A stretch of 18,189 bases of DNA. It comes from Candidatus Rokuibacteriota bacterium. Lineage in GTDB: Bacteria; Methylomirabilota; Methylomirabilia; Rokubacteriales; DASRDR01. Location of the stretch: the NCBI GenBank assembly GCA_044866005.1, contig JBIOTN010000059.1:1-18189 (forward strand). Reading direction: 5' to 3'. The notes under the pieces were generated by a model. The model did no database searches, had not been told where the DNA came from, and was given only the letters and a program-made list of their open reading frames with translations. Each line of letters begins with the position of its first letter. Position 1 is the stretch's first letter. Below are positions 8,346 through 15,820 of the stretch, piece by piece. Made by a program: the position numbers and the translations under genes.

Positions 8346-9323
8346 CTAGTAGAGCGCCACGAGCGTGCCGCCGCCGAGGATCAGCGCCGAGCCCGCGACC
8401 TTCGGCGTGGTCATCCGCTCCTTCAGCATGAGCGCCGAGAAGACGAGCACGAGGGGGATGGACATCTTGTCGATGACCAGGAGGATGGTCGGGTCCGGGG
8501 CGGCGGCGAAGGCTTGGAGGTACGCCAGGTGAGCTCCGAGCGACATCAGCGAGACGAGGAAGTAGGCCGGGCCGTCCCGGCGGATGGCCGGCAGGAGCAC
8601 CGACCGGTCCTCGTTGCGGGCCAGGAGGAATGCCAGGAAGGCGAGCACCGAGAAGAACCCGGAGCCCAGCGCGAAGTGGAACGGGTCCAGGAAGAACACC
8701 TGGACGTGGAGCGCCCCTTCCACGGCGCCGGCGAGGGCCTCCGTCTGGGCGGTCGTCTTCGTGCCCACGTAGCTGACGAGCGCGGTGAGGGTCGTCAGCG
8801 CGGCCAGGAGCACGACCAGGGCCCAGAGTCGTCCCGAGATCACGCGCAGCCGGGCGACCGTCAGCGCGGGGGACGCGAGCGCGTCAGGCGGGAGCGAGAC
8901 GACGACGACGCCCGGGCTCAGGATCAGGAGCCCGAGGATCTCCTGCCACCGGGGCGACACCCCCAGCGTCAGGTAGCCGAGCGTGATGAAGAGGATGCTG
9001 AACTGCGAGAGCGGCATCACCAGCGACAGGTCGTAGCCGTCGAGCAGCTTCTGGAACACGAGCATGGTGCCCACGAACGCGCCCGCGTACACGAGATACA
9101 GCGGCGCCTGCGCCAGGGTGTACCGGAACACCAGGTCGGCGGCGGCCGCGGCGGCGCCGGTGCCGGCCAGGGCCTGCAGGAAGTAGATGACGAGGAATCC
9201 GACGTAGGTGAGGAGGTTCGTCCAGAAGAAGAGGACCAGCTTGTTCGGGATGCGCTTGACGGCGACGCTGTAGAGGTTGATCAGCACGACGGAGGCGACC
9301 GCGAGCCAGACGTAGGACGGCAT
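8346..9323 (-). CDS. EamA/DMT family transporter
   Basis: About 10 TM segments in two repeats (DLSLVMPLSQFSILFITLGYLTLG..; IDKMSIPLVLVFSALMLKERMTTPKVAGSALILGGGTLV, the classic EamA C-terminus). Strong GAGGGAGG RBS. Confidence 0.85.
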   Translation of the reverse strand: MPSYVWLAVASVVLINLYSVAVKRIPNKLVLFFWTNLLTYVGFLVIYFLQALAGTGAAAAAADLVFRYTLAQAPLYLVYAGAFVGTMLVFQKLLDGYDLSLVMPLSQFSILFITLGYLTLGVSPRWQEILGLLILSPGVVVVSLPPDALASPALTVARLRVISGRLWALVVLLAALTTLTALVSYVGTKTTAQTEALAGAVEGALHVQVFFLDPFHFALGSGFFSVLAFLAFLLARNEDRSVLLPAIRRDGPAYFLVSLMSLGAHLAYLQAFAAAPDPTILLVIDKMSIPLVLVFSALMLKERMTTPKVAGSALILGGGTLVALY

Positions 9324-9379
9324 GCCCCTCCCTCGACGTCGTGACCGCCCTCGGCGCGATCGGGCCTAGACCCCCCGGA

Positions 9380-9644
9380 TCAGTCCTGGACCCTGGGGCG
9401 CAACACCGCCGTGTCCGGCATCGGCGCCCGGAGGCGCCCCCGGCCCTGCACCTGCTCGACCCTGCCGGTGTTGCCGACCCCCAGCCGGGAGAGCCCGATG
9501 CAGCCGGCGCGGTGACACGTGATGGTCGGCGGGGTCCCGGTCGTACCGGACCTCGTGGCCCGGCGGCCCGACGATGGAAGCGCCGCCCGTCAGCGCCGCC
9601 ACCGCGCCCACCGCGCTCAGCGTTCGCCGGATCGCGCGCCCCAC
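9380..9644 (-). pseudogene. Small secreted or lipoprotein-like gene, apparently frameshifted near 9539
   Basis: GTG 9644 starts a signal-peptide-like N-terminus (GRAIRR-TLSAVGAVAALTGGASIV). After ...EVRYD, codons with G/C third positions continue in the +1 frame (GTPPTITCHRAGCIGLSRLGVGNTGRVEQVQGRG...QD, TGA at 9382-9380). The unshifted ORF ends at 9366. Confidence 0.4.
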
Positions 9645-9650
9645 GCGGTC

Positions 9651-9659
9651 AGGCTATCA
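9651..9659 (-). promoter_or_regulatory. Extended -10 element (TGa-TAGCCT); possible leaderless transcript
   Basis: Minus strand TGATAGCCT (9659-9651), then 6 nt, then GTG 9644. No SD sequence is present, which is the geometry of a leaderless mRNA. Confidence 0.4.
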
Positions 9660-9690
9660 CGACGACCCGCGGCGGCCGCGCTTCCCCGCG

Positions 9691-9706
9691 AGGCACTCCG
9701 ATTGCA
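9691..9706 (+). promoter_or_regulatory. sigma54 (RpoN) -24/-12 promoter
   Basis: AGGCACTCCGATTGCA versus consensus TGGCACGNNNNTTGCW, with exact GG-N10-GC spacing. It points toward the oxidoreductase-glycosyltransferase operon. Confidence 0.55.
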
Positions 9707-9937
9707 TGGTATCTGGCATGGCATGCGTCGAGCGTGCGCGTCCGAGCGGGGAGCGGCCTGGCCCGTCTCCGAGCCCCTCTGGCCCTCCGGCGATCCGTCC
9801 CCCTGGGCTCCCGGAGCCGGGCGCCCATCCGGGACCCCGGGGACACGGGACATTTTGAAATGATTGCCTGTCCGGCTGCACGGGCGGCACGGACCGCCCG
9901 CCCTGACAGCCCGGCGACGGGCTCGCGCCGGGCCTCA

Positions 9938-9973
9938 CGGGCGGAGGCGAGGCCGCGGGCGGAGGCGCGGCCG
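9938..9973 (+). repeat. 18-bp tandem duplication (2 copies, 17/18 identical)
   Basis: CGGGCGGAGGCGAGGCCG followed by CGGGCGGAGGCGCGGCCG. Confidence 0.7.
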
Positions 9974-10080
9974 CGCGTGTGCATGGTCCCGGAGCCGCGG
10001 TCCGGGCCCGGCCGACCCGCCAGCCCGGTCCTCGAGATCCGCGGGCGAGCCGGCATCCGGTCCGGTCGGGGGGATTGCCC

Positions 10081-11187
10081 ATGAAGCTCTCCTGGAAGCG
10101 TACGCCGCCGCCGGCGGAGTACGTGGCCGACGCCGGCCTGGTGGCGGAGCGCGCGAGCGCCCCGATCCGAGCCGGCCTGATCGGCGTGGGGAAGATGGGG
10201 ATCTCGCACTACGCGATCCTCGGCGCGCATCCGCGCGTCGCGATGTCCGCCATCTGCGACAGCGCCAGCTACATCACGTCGACGCTCCGCAAGCACACCG
10301 GGATCGAGACGTTCACCGACTACCGCCGGATGATCGACGGGGCGGGGCTGGACTGCGTGTTCGTGGCCACGCCGACGTCCACTCACTTCGACGCGGCCGC
10401 CTACGCGCTGGAGCGCGGGCTGCACGTGTTCGTGGAAAAGCCCCTCTGTCTCGATCCGCGCCAGAGCCTGCGGCTCGCCGATCTCGCCCGGATGGGGCGC
10501 CGCGCGAACCAGGTGGGGTACCACCACCGCTTCATCGGGACCTTCCGGGAGGCCCGGCGGCTGGTCCGTGCGGGCGCGATCGGCGAGGTCTACCACGTCA
10601 CCGGCAGCGCGTTCGGACCGGTCGTGATCCGGCCGAAGAGCGGCAGCACGTGGCGCGCGCGGAAGTCGGACGGTGGCGGCTGTCTGCACGACTACGCCTC
10701 GCACGTGGTCGATCTGATGAACTTCATCGTGGGCCCGCCGGACCGGGTCCTCGGGGCGCACCTGCGCCGGATCCACTCCCGGGACGTCGAGGACGCGGTG
10801 TATGCCACCCTCGGGTACCCCGGCGGCGCGAGCGGACAGGTCGAGACGAACTGGAGCGACGACAGCTACCGCAAGATGAGCACGACCGTCGGGGTGTACG
10901 GGACCCGGGGGAAGATCGTCGCGGACCGCCAGGAGTGCAAGGTCTACCTGCGGCCGGGCGCCGGCGAGTTCGAGCGCTACGGGGCGGGCTGGACGATTCG
11001 CTACATCACCGACCTCCAGGCGCCCGTGGCCTACTACCTGCGCGGGGAGGAGTACTCGGCGCAGATCGACACCTTCCTGGAGGCGGTGGAGTGCGGCACC
11101 GCCGAGCACGAGAACTCCTTCGCCAGCGCCTACGAGACCGATCGCGTGATCGACATGATCGCGAAGGCCGCCCAGGGAGCGGGCTGA
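10081..11187 (+). CDS. Gfo/Idh/MocA family NAD(P)-dependent oxidoreductase
   Basis: IRAGLIGVGKMG Rossmann motif, VFVATPTSTH, HVFVEKP, VGYHHRF, GGGCLHDYASHVVDL. ATG 10081 is preferred over the low-complexity extension to 9979. Confidence 0.92.
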   Translation: MKLSWKRTPPPAEYVADAGLVAERASAPIRAGLIGVGKMGISHYAILGAHPRVAMSAICDSASYITSTLRKHTGIETFTDYRRMIDGAGLDCVFVATPTSTHFDAAAYALERGLHVFVEKPLCLDPRQSLRLADLARMGRRANQVGYHHRFIGTFREARRLVRAGAIGEVYHVTGSAFGPVVIRPKSGSTWRARKSDGGGCLHDYASHVVDLMNFIVGPPDRVLGAHLRRIHSRDVEDAVYATLGYPGGASGQVETNWSDDSYRKMSTTVGVYGTRGKIVADRQECKVYLRPGAGEFERYGAGWTIRYITDLQAPVAYYLRGEEYSAQIDTFLEAVECGTAEHENSFASAYETDRVIDMIAKAAQGAG

Positions 11188-11188
11188 C

Positions 11189-12073
11189 ATGGAGCGCATC
11201 CTCTTCGGCGACAACCAGTTCTTCGGCGTCAACCACATGTCCGAGGAGAAGGCGCGCGCCCAGGCCATGCAGTTCCGCGACACGGCGTCGGTCATGCGGG
11301 TGCTCGACGCCGCCTACGATCTCGGCATCAACGTCTTCATGTGTACGACTCACGATCGCGTGGGCGAGATCGTGGACACCGTTCGCGGGGACCCGCGGCG
11401 CTATCCCGACTTCCAGTTCTATCCGTGCATGCCGTACGCCCACAAGTACGCGAACTCGGTGACCGAGGTCGGCATCCTCGAGACGCTCCGGCGCTTCGCC
11501 CCGGGCGGCATCGTGGAGATGCTGATCAAGGGCGCCATCTCGGCGGCGACCCAGGACGTCTACAAGCTGATGCAGATGCTGGTGGACGCCGAGATGAAGC
11601 GCTTCGCCGGGGTGAGGACGCCGATCGTCTTCCTCCAGAACGTCGTGACGGACCTCCTGCTCGGGCTGAAGGTCTACGACATGTTCGCCGCGTTCGCCCA
11701 GTACGTCCACGAGCGGTACGACGCCGAGGCCGGCTTCATCACCATGAACCTGCCGATGCTCGTGGACGCGCTCGAGCAGACCGGCCTCAAGAACCCGATC
11801 GTGTGCGCCAACGTGAACAAGATCGGATTTCGCATGTGCGGCGGCGTCGAGGCCTACCGGGACGTGCTCCGATCCCGGCGCTGCCGGGCCATCGCGATGT
11901 CCGTCTTCGCGTCGGGCGCGATCCCTCCCCAGGAGGCGATCGAGTGGGTCTGCGGCCTGGAGGGACTGGAGTCGATCGTGTTCGGCGCCTCCTCGGCGCG
12001 CAACATCCGGCACACCAGGGAGCTGATCGAGCGGGCCTGGGGCCTCGGGCCGGCTCCGGCCGCGGCGGCGTAG
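11189..12073 (+). CDS. Conserved hypothetical protein, possibly aldo/keto-reductase-like TIM barrel
   Basis: Strong codon bias; starts 1 nt after the Gfo stop. ILFGDNQFFG, 'RVLDAAYDLGINVF', 'AIAMSVFASGAI' and 'SIVFGASSARNIRHT' echo AKR segments (AxxxGIxxFD, xxAxSxLxxG, xxIPGxxxxxHLxxN). Confidence 0.7.
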   Translation: MERILFGDNQFFGVNHMSEEKARAQAMQFRDTASVMRVLDAAYDLGINVFMCTTHDRVGEIVDTVRGDPRRYPDFQFYPCMPYAHKYANSVTEVGILETLRRFAPGGIVEMLIKGAISAATQDVYKLMQMLVDAEMKRFAGVRTPIVFLQNVVTDLLLGLKVYDMFAAFAQYVHERYDAEAGFITMNLPMLVDALEQTGLKNPIVCANVNKIGFRMCGGVEAYRDVLRSRRCRAIAMSVFASGAIPPQEAIEWVCGLEGLESIVFGASSARNIRHTRELIERAWGLGPAPAAAA

Positions 12074-12103
12074 ACGCCGGGGTCGTCATCGAGGTCCCGT
12101 GCC

Positions 12104-12934
12104 ATGCGTGAGCGGGTGAGGCTCCTCAACGTCGACGTCGACGACATCACGATGGACGAGCTCGTCGACTCCTTCCGGGAGGGCGGACTGCTGACCCTCC
12201 ACGTCGACATGATCATGAAGCTTCAGAAGGATCGCGAGTTCTACGAGCTCGTGCCCGAATTCGACGTCGTGACCTGCGACAGCCAGATCCTCTTCACCGC
12301 GGCCAGGCTCCTCGGCACGCCGCTCCGGGAGCGCGTGTCGGGCTCGGACTTCTTCCCGCGGTTCTACGCGAAGCACCGGCACGATCCCACGGTCACCGTG
12401 TTCATCTGCGGGGGCGGTCCGGGCGTGGCCGACCGCGCCATGCGGCGGATCAACGCCAAGGTGGGTCGCGAGATGGTGGTCGGGACCGACTCGCCGCCGC
12501 TCGACTACGACACGAGGCCCGGTGAGGTCGACCGGATCGTCGCCAAGATCAACGCCTCCCGGGCCAGCGCGCTCGTGGTGGGGCTGGGCGCGGGCCGGCA
12601 AGAGAAGTTCATCGTCCGGTATCGCGATCGGCTGCCGCACGTGCGGATGTTCCTGCCGCTCGGCGGCACGATCGACTACGAAGCGGGGACGCTGGAACGC
12701 CCGCCGGCCTGGATCACGGACCGCGGCTTCGAGTGGCTCTACCGCTTGCTCCGCGAGCCGCGAAAACGCTGGCACCGCTACCTGGTGCACCAGCCCCCCG
12801 TCCTCTACCTCCTGGCCCGGCAGCGGCTCGGTCTCTACCGGGACCCCTTCGCCCGCGGCGCGGGCTCCGCGACCGGCGGCGCGGCCGCGGCGATGACGCG
12901 ATCCCGCCGCTCCGTCCGCTCCGGCAGCCGCTGA
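12104..12934 (+). CDS. WecB/TagA/CpsF family glycosyltransferase (GT26)
   Basis: TLHVD, VTCDSQIL, LRERVSGSD, VGLGAGRQEKFI, LGGTIDYEAGTLERPPAWITDRGFEWLYRLLREPRKRWHRYL, which are TagA/WecG signatures. Confidence 0.93.
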   Translation: MRERVRLLNVDVDDITMDELVDSFREGGLLTLHVDMIMKLQKDREFYELVPEFDVVTCDSQILFTAARLLGTPLRERVSGSDFFPRFYAKHRHDPTVTVFICGGGPGVADRAMRRINAKVGREMVVGTDSPPLDYDTRPGEVDRIVAKINASRASALVVGLGAGRQEKFIVRYRDRLPHVRMFLPLGGTIDYEAGTLERPPAWITDRGFEWLYRLLREPRKRWHRYLVHQPPVLYLLARQRLGLYRDPFARGAGSATGGAAAAMTRSRRSVRSGSR

Positions 12935-12936
12935 GC

Positions 12937-12960
12937 CCGTCCCCGGCACTCCGGGGGCGG
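12937..12960. terminator. Hairpin between the convergent glycosyltransferase and tctA genes
   Basis: CCGTCCCCGG-cact-CCGGGGGCGG forms a 10-bp stem with one U-G pair and a 4-nt loop. There is no U-tract. Confidence 0.45.
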
Positions 12961-12968
12961 CGCCGACC

Positions 12969-14477
12969 TCACGGGACGCCGGCGTGCGACGCGCGTGCCC
13001 GGCGGCGGCGAATGGCGCCGCCGAGCGGGAGCCCCAGCGACACGAGCACCAGGACGAGCAGGACGGCGGCGATCGGGCGCTCCACGAAGATCATCGGACT
13101 GCCGAACGACATCAGCAGCGACTGCCGGAGCGAGGTCTCGAGCAGCGGGGCGAGCACCACGGCGAGCACCAGCGGCGCGCGGGGGAAATCGAGCTTCATC
13201 ATGCACCAGCCGACGGCGCCGAACGTGAGGCAGACCGCCACCGTGGTGAAGTCGAGCGTGCTGGCATAGGCCCCGATCAGCGAGATGGCGAGGATGCCGG
13301 GCGCGAGATAGGCGTAGGGGATGCGCAGGATCGACGCGAACAGTGGCGCGAGCGGCAGGTTGATGACGAGCAGCACGACGTTGCCGATGAACATGCTGGC
13401 GATCAGGCCCCACACCAGCTCGGCCTGCTCGATCATCAGCATCGGCCCGGGACGGATGCCTTGCAGGACGAGCGCGGCGAGCAGCACGGCCGTGCTCGCG
13501 GAGCCCGGGATGCCGAGCGCGAGCATCGGCACGCAGGCGCCATGGACGGCCGAGTTGTTGGCCGATTCCGCGGCGGCGACACCGTCGAGCGCGCCCTTGC
13601 CGAAGCGCTCGGGGTGGCGGCTGAACCGCCGCTCGGTGACGTAGGCGAGCATCGCGGCGACGGTCGGGCCGGCCCCGGGCATGATGCCCACGAGGAAGCC
13701 GACGAGGCCGCCCCGCACGATCGCCATGCGGCTCTCGGCCCATTCCTCCGCCGTCAGCCACATGCTGCGCAGCGGGGCGCGGATGGGCTCCAGCTCCTCG
13801 GCGCCCTCCAGCGAGGCGAGCACCTCGGCGATGCCGAAGATGCCGATCGCCACGGGGAGGAAGTCGATGCCCTCGACCAGCTTGACCTCCCCGAAGGTGA
13901 GGCGCGGCACCCCGGTGATGGGGTCGACGCCGACCAGCGCCACCATCAGGCCGAGCACGGCCGCCATCAGCGCCTTCACGGCCGACGCGCCGCCGAGACT
14001 GGTGCTCGCGGTGATGCCGAGGGTGGCGAGCAGGAAGTACTCCGGCGCGTTGAACTTGAGGGCGAACTCGCTGAGGGGCGGCGTGAGCAGCACGAGGGCG
14101 GCGACCGCCGACGTCCCGGCGGCGAACGAGCCGATCGCGGCGATGCTGAGGGCCGCGCCGGCGCGGCCGCGCCGCGCGATCTGATATCCGTCCACGGCGG
14201 TCATCACGCTCGCCGCCTCCCCCGGGACGTTGACCAGCACCGAGGTGAGCGTGCCGCCGTACATGCCCCCGTACATGATGCCGGCGAGCATCACGATCGC
14301 GGTCACCGGCGGCAAGCCGAAGGTGAGCGGCAGCAGCAGGGCCATGCCCGCGGCGGGCCCGATCCCGGGCAGGGCCCCGATGATCTGGCCCAGCACCACG
14401 CCGATCACGACGAACACCAGATTGAGCGGGGTCAGCGCCGTCGCGAAGCCCTGCGCCAGGAGCGGGAGAGAGTCGAT
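12969..14477 (-). CDS. tctA: Tripartite tricarboxylate transporter large permease TctA (start codon anomalous)
   Basis: GALPGIGP, GIMYGGMYGG, NVPGEAASVMTAVDGY, AAAESANNS, MLALGIPGS, GIRPGP. Homology extends upstream of the track start (14417) to ATC-GAC-TCT-CTC at 14477 (IDSLPLLAQGFATALTPLNL), with GGAG 8 nt upstream. Confidence 0.92.
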   Translation of the reverse strand: MDSLPLLAQGFATALTPLNLVFVVIGVVLGQIIGALPGIGPAAGMALLLPLTFGLPPVTAIVMLAGIMYGGMYGGTLTSVLVNVPGEAASVMTAVDGYQIARRGRAGAALSIAAIGSFAAGTSAVAALVLLTPPLSEFALKFNAPEYFLLATLGITASTSLGGASAVKALMAAVLGLMVALVGVDPITGVPRLTFGEVKLVEGIDFLPVAIGIFGIAEVLASLEGAEELEPIRAPLRSMWLTAEEWAESRMAIVRGGLVGFLVGIMPGAGPTVAAMLAYVTERRFSRHPERFGKGALDGVAAAESANNSAVHGACVPMLALGIPGSASTAVLLAALVLQGIRPGPMLMIEQAELVWGLIASMFIGNVVLLVINLPLAPLFASILRIPYAYLAPGILAISLIGAYASTLDFTTVAVCLTFGAVGWCMMKLDFPRAPLVLAVVLAPLLETSLRQSLLMSFGSPMIFVERPIAAVLLVLVLVSLGLPLGGAIRRRRARASHAGVP

Positions 14478-14504
14478 GAGAGGCGCTCCGCGGCCGCCGG
14501 GCCG

Positions 14505-14957
14505 TCAGAAGCCGGCGATGCCGGTCGGCAGCCGCACGCCGAGCCACCTGACGAAGACGGCGTAGATCAGGCCGGCCGTGATCACGGTCGTCGCGAGGCT
14601 CGGGAGGAGCCGGCGGCGCTGGACGACGATCAACAGGAAGGCCATGAAGAGCGCCGCGCTCGGCATCATGCCGAGGACGGGGGAGGACGCGGCAAAGGCG
14701 GCGAGGCCGGGGAAGGCCAGCGTGATGCGTCCGAGCGCCTCTCCGCTCGGCCACTCCACCGCCGCGGCGTCGCCGAGCCGGCGCGCCTCGGCGAGCCGGA
14801 GAGCGGAGAGGAGCGCACCGGCCGCCGCGGCCCAGAACGGCAGGAAGGCCGGCCCCGGGGTGAAGTCGTTCCAGTACCCGAGCCGCCAGGTCCCCAGCAC
14901 CGCGGTGGCCGACAGCGCGAGGAGGACGATCGCCGGAACGACGTCGCTCGTCCGCAT
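14505..14957 (-). CDS. tctB: Tripartite tricarboxylate transporter small subunit TctB
   Basis: 150 aa with 4-5 TM segments, PGPAFLP and the C-terminal YAVFVRWLGVRLPTG; lies between tctC and tctA. Confidence 0.88.
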   Translation of the reverse strand: MRTSDVVPAIVLLALSATAVLGTWRLGYWNDFTPGPAFLPFWAAAAGALLSALRLAEARRLGDAAAVEWPSGEALGRITLAFPGLAAFAASSPVLGMMPSAALFMAFLLIVVQRRRLLPSLATTVITAGLIYAVFVRWLGVRLPTGIAGF

Positions 14958-14988
14958 CGCTGTCGGCCCGCGGCGCCCCGTGCGGGCG

Positions 14989-15648
14989 CTACTTCTTGAG
15001 GCCGAGGTCCGCCATCAACGCCCGGTAGACGTCCTGCTGCCTGGACAGGTACCCCTTCACCCGGTCCAGGCCGTAGAACTCGCTGGTCTGGAACTTCGTC
15101 TTGACGCTGTCCTGCCAGGCCCTCGTGTTGACGAGCTTGCGGAACTTGTCCTCCCACCACACGGCGAGCTCCGGGCTCGCGCCCGGCGGCAGGGCGACGC
15201 TCCAGTTCTGCCCGAACACCACCTCGTAGCCCTGCTCCCGCGCGGTCGGCACGTTCTTGTAGGCGTCCTCGGGCCGGCGCTTCTCGGAGAGGATCGCGAG
15301 CGGGCGCGCCTTGTTGGCCTTGATCTGCTCGAGCCCCTCTTCCAGCGTGCCGAACACGCCCTCCACGTTGCCGCCGAGGAACGCGGCGAACGCCGCGGCG
15401 CCGCCGTCGAAGGGGATGTAGGTGAACTTGACGCCGGCCGCCTTCTCCAGCAGGGCGGTGGCCAGGTTGTCGGTGCCGCCGGTCTGCGCGCCGGCGATGC
15501 GCACCCGGCGCGGCTCCTTCTTCGCCGCCTCGAGGAAGTCCTTGAGCGTCCGGTAGGGCGAGCTGGGCGCGACGAGGAACACCAGCTCCGACTGGATGAA
15601 GCCGGCGACCGGCACGACCTGGTCGATCACCGAGGGCGTGCCCTGCAA
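14989..15648 (-). pseudogene. tctC: TctC/Bug-family substrate-binding protein, 5'-truncated
   Basis: SPYRTLKDFLEAAKKEP, YIPFDGGAAAFAAFLGGNV, VPTAREQG are Bug/TctC motifs. Only 219 aa, with no signal peptide and no N-terminal PxxxGGxxD motif. An in-frame TGA lies 7 codons upstream of TTG 15648. Confidence 0.8.
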
Positions 15649-15762
15649 ATGCCGCGCGCGGTCCCGTCAATAGCCCTGGCCGGGCCGGCCGAATGCGCGA
15701 CCTCGCGCGGGGGGCGACAGGCGCGCCGGGCGCGGACCCCGGCGCTCTGCCCCGAGGAGAAC

Positions 15763-15782
15763 CGACGGCGCGCGCGCCGTCG
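15763..15782. promoter_or_regulatory. Perfect 20-bp palindrome (candidate operator)
   Basis: CGACGGCGCGCGCGCCGTCG is its own reverse complement. It lies 14 nt upstream of the -10-like TAAGAT (15797-15802) before ATG 15821. Confidence 0.35.
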
Positions 15783-15820
15783 ACATCGGCTTGCCTTAAG
15801 ATAGTCCTCACCGATCAGCC

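Noticed and set aside
8341..9369. Identical CGGGCCTAG 9-mer at 8341 and 9361 flanking the EamA gene (possible target-site duplication)
   Set aside because: Short and GC-rich, each copy contains a minus-strand TAG stop, and there is no transposase or terminal inverted repeat. It is probably chance.
9938..9973. Possible CRISPR-like or REP repeat
   Set aside because: Only two abutting copies, with no spacers and no cas genes.
9860..10084. 74-codon ORF (MIACPAARAART...GDCP) ending in an ATGA overlap with the Gfo gene
   Set aside because: Low-complexity Arg/Ala/Pro sequence with poor codon bias; the RAEARP repeat is explained by the 18-bp DNA duplication.
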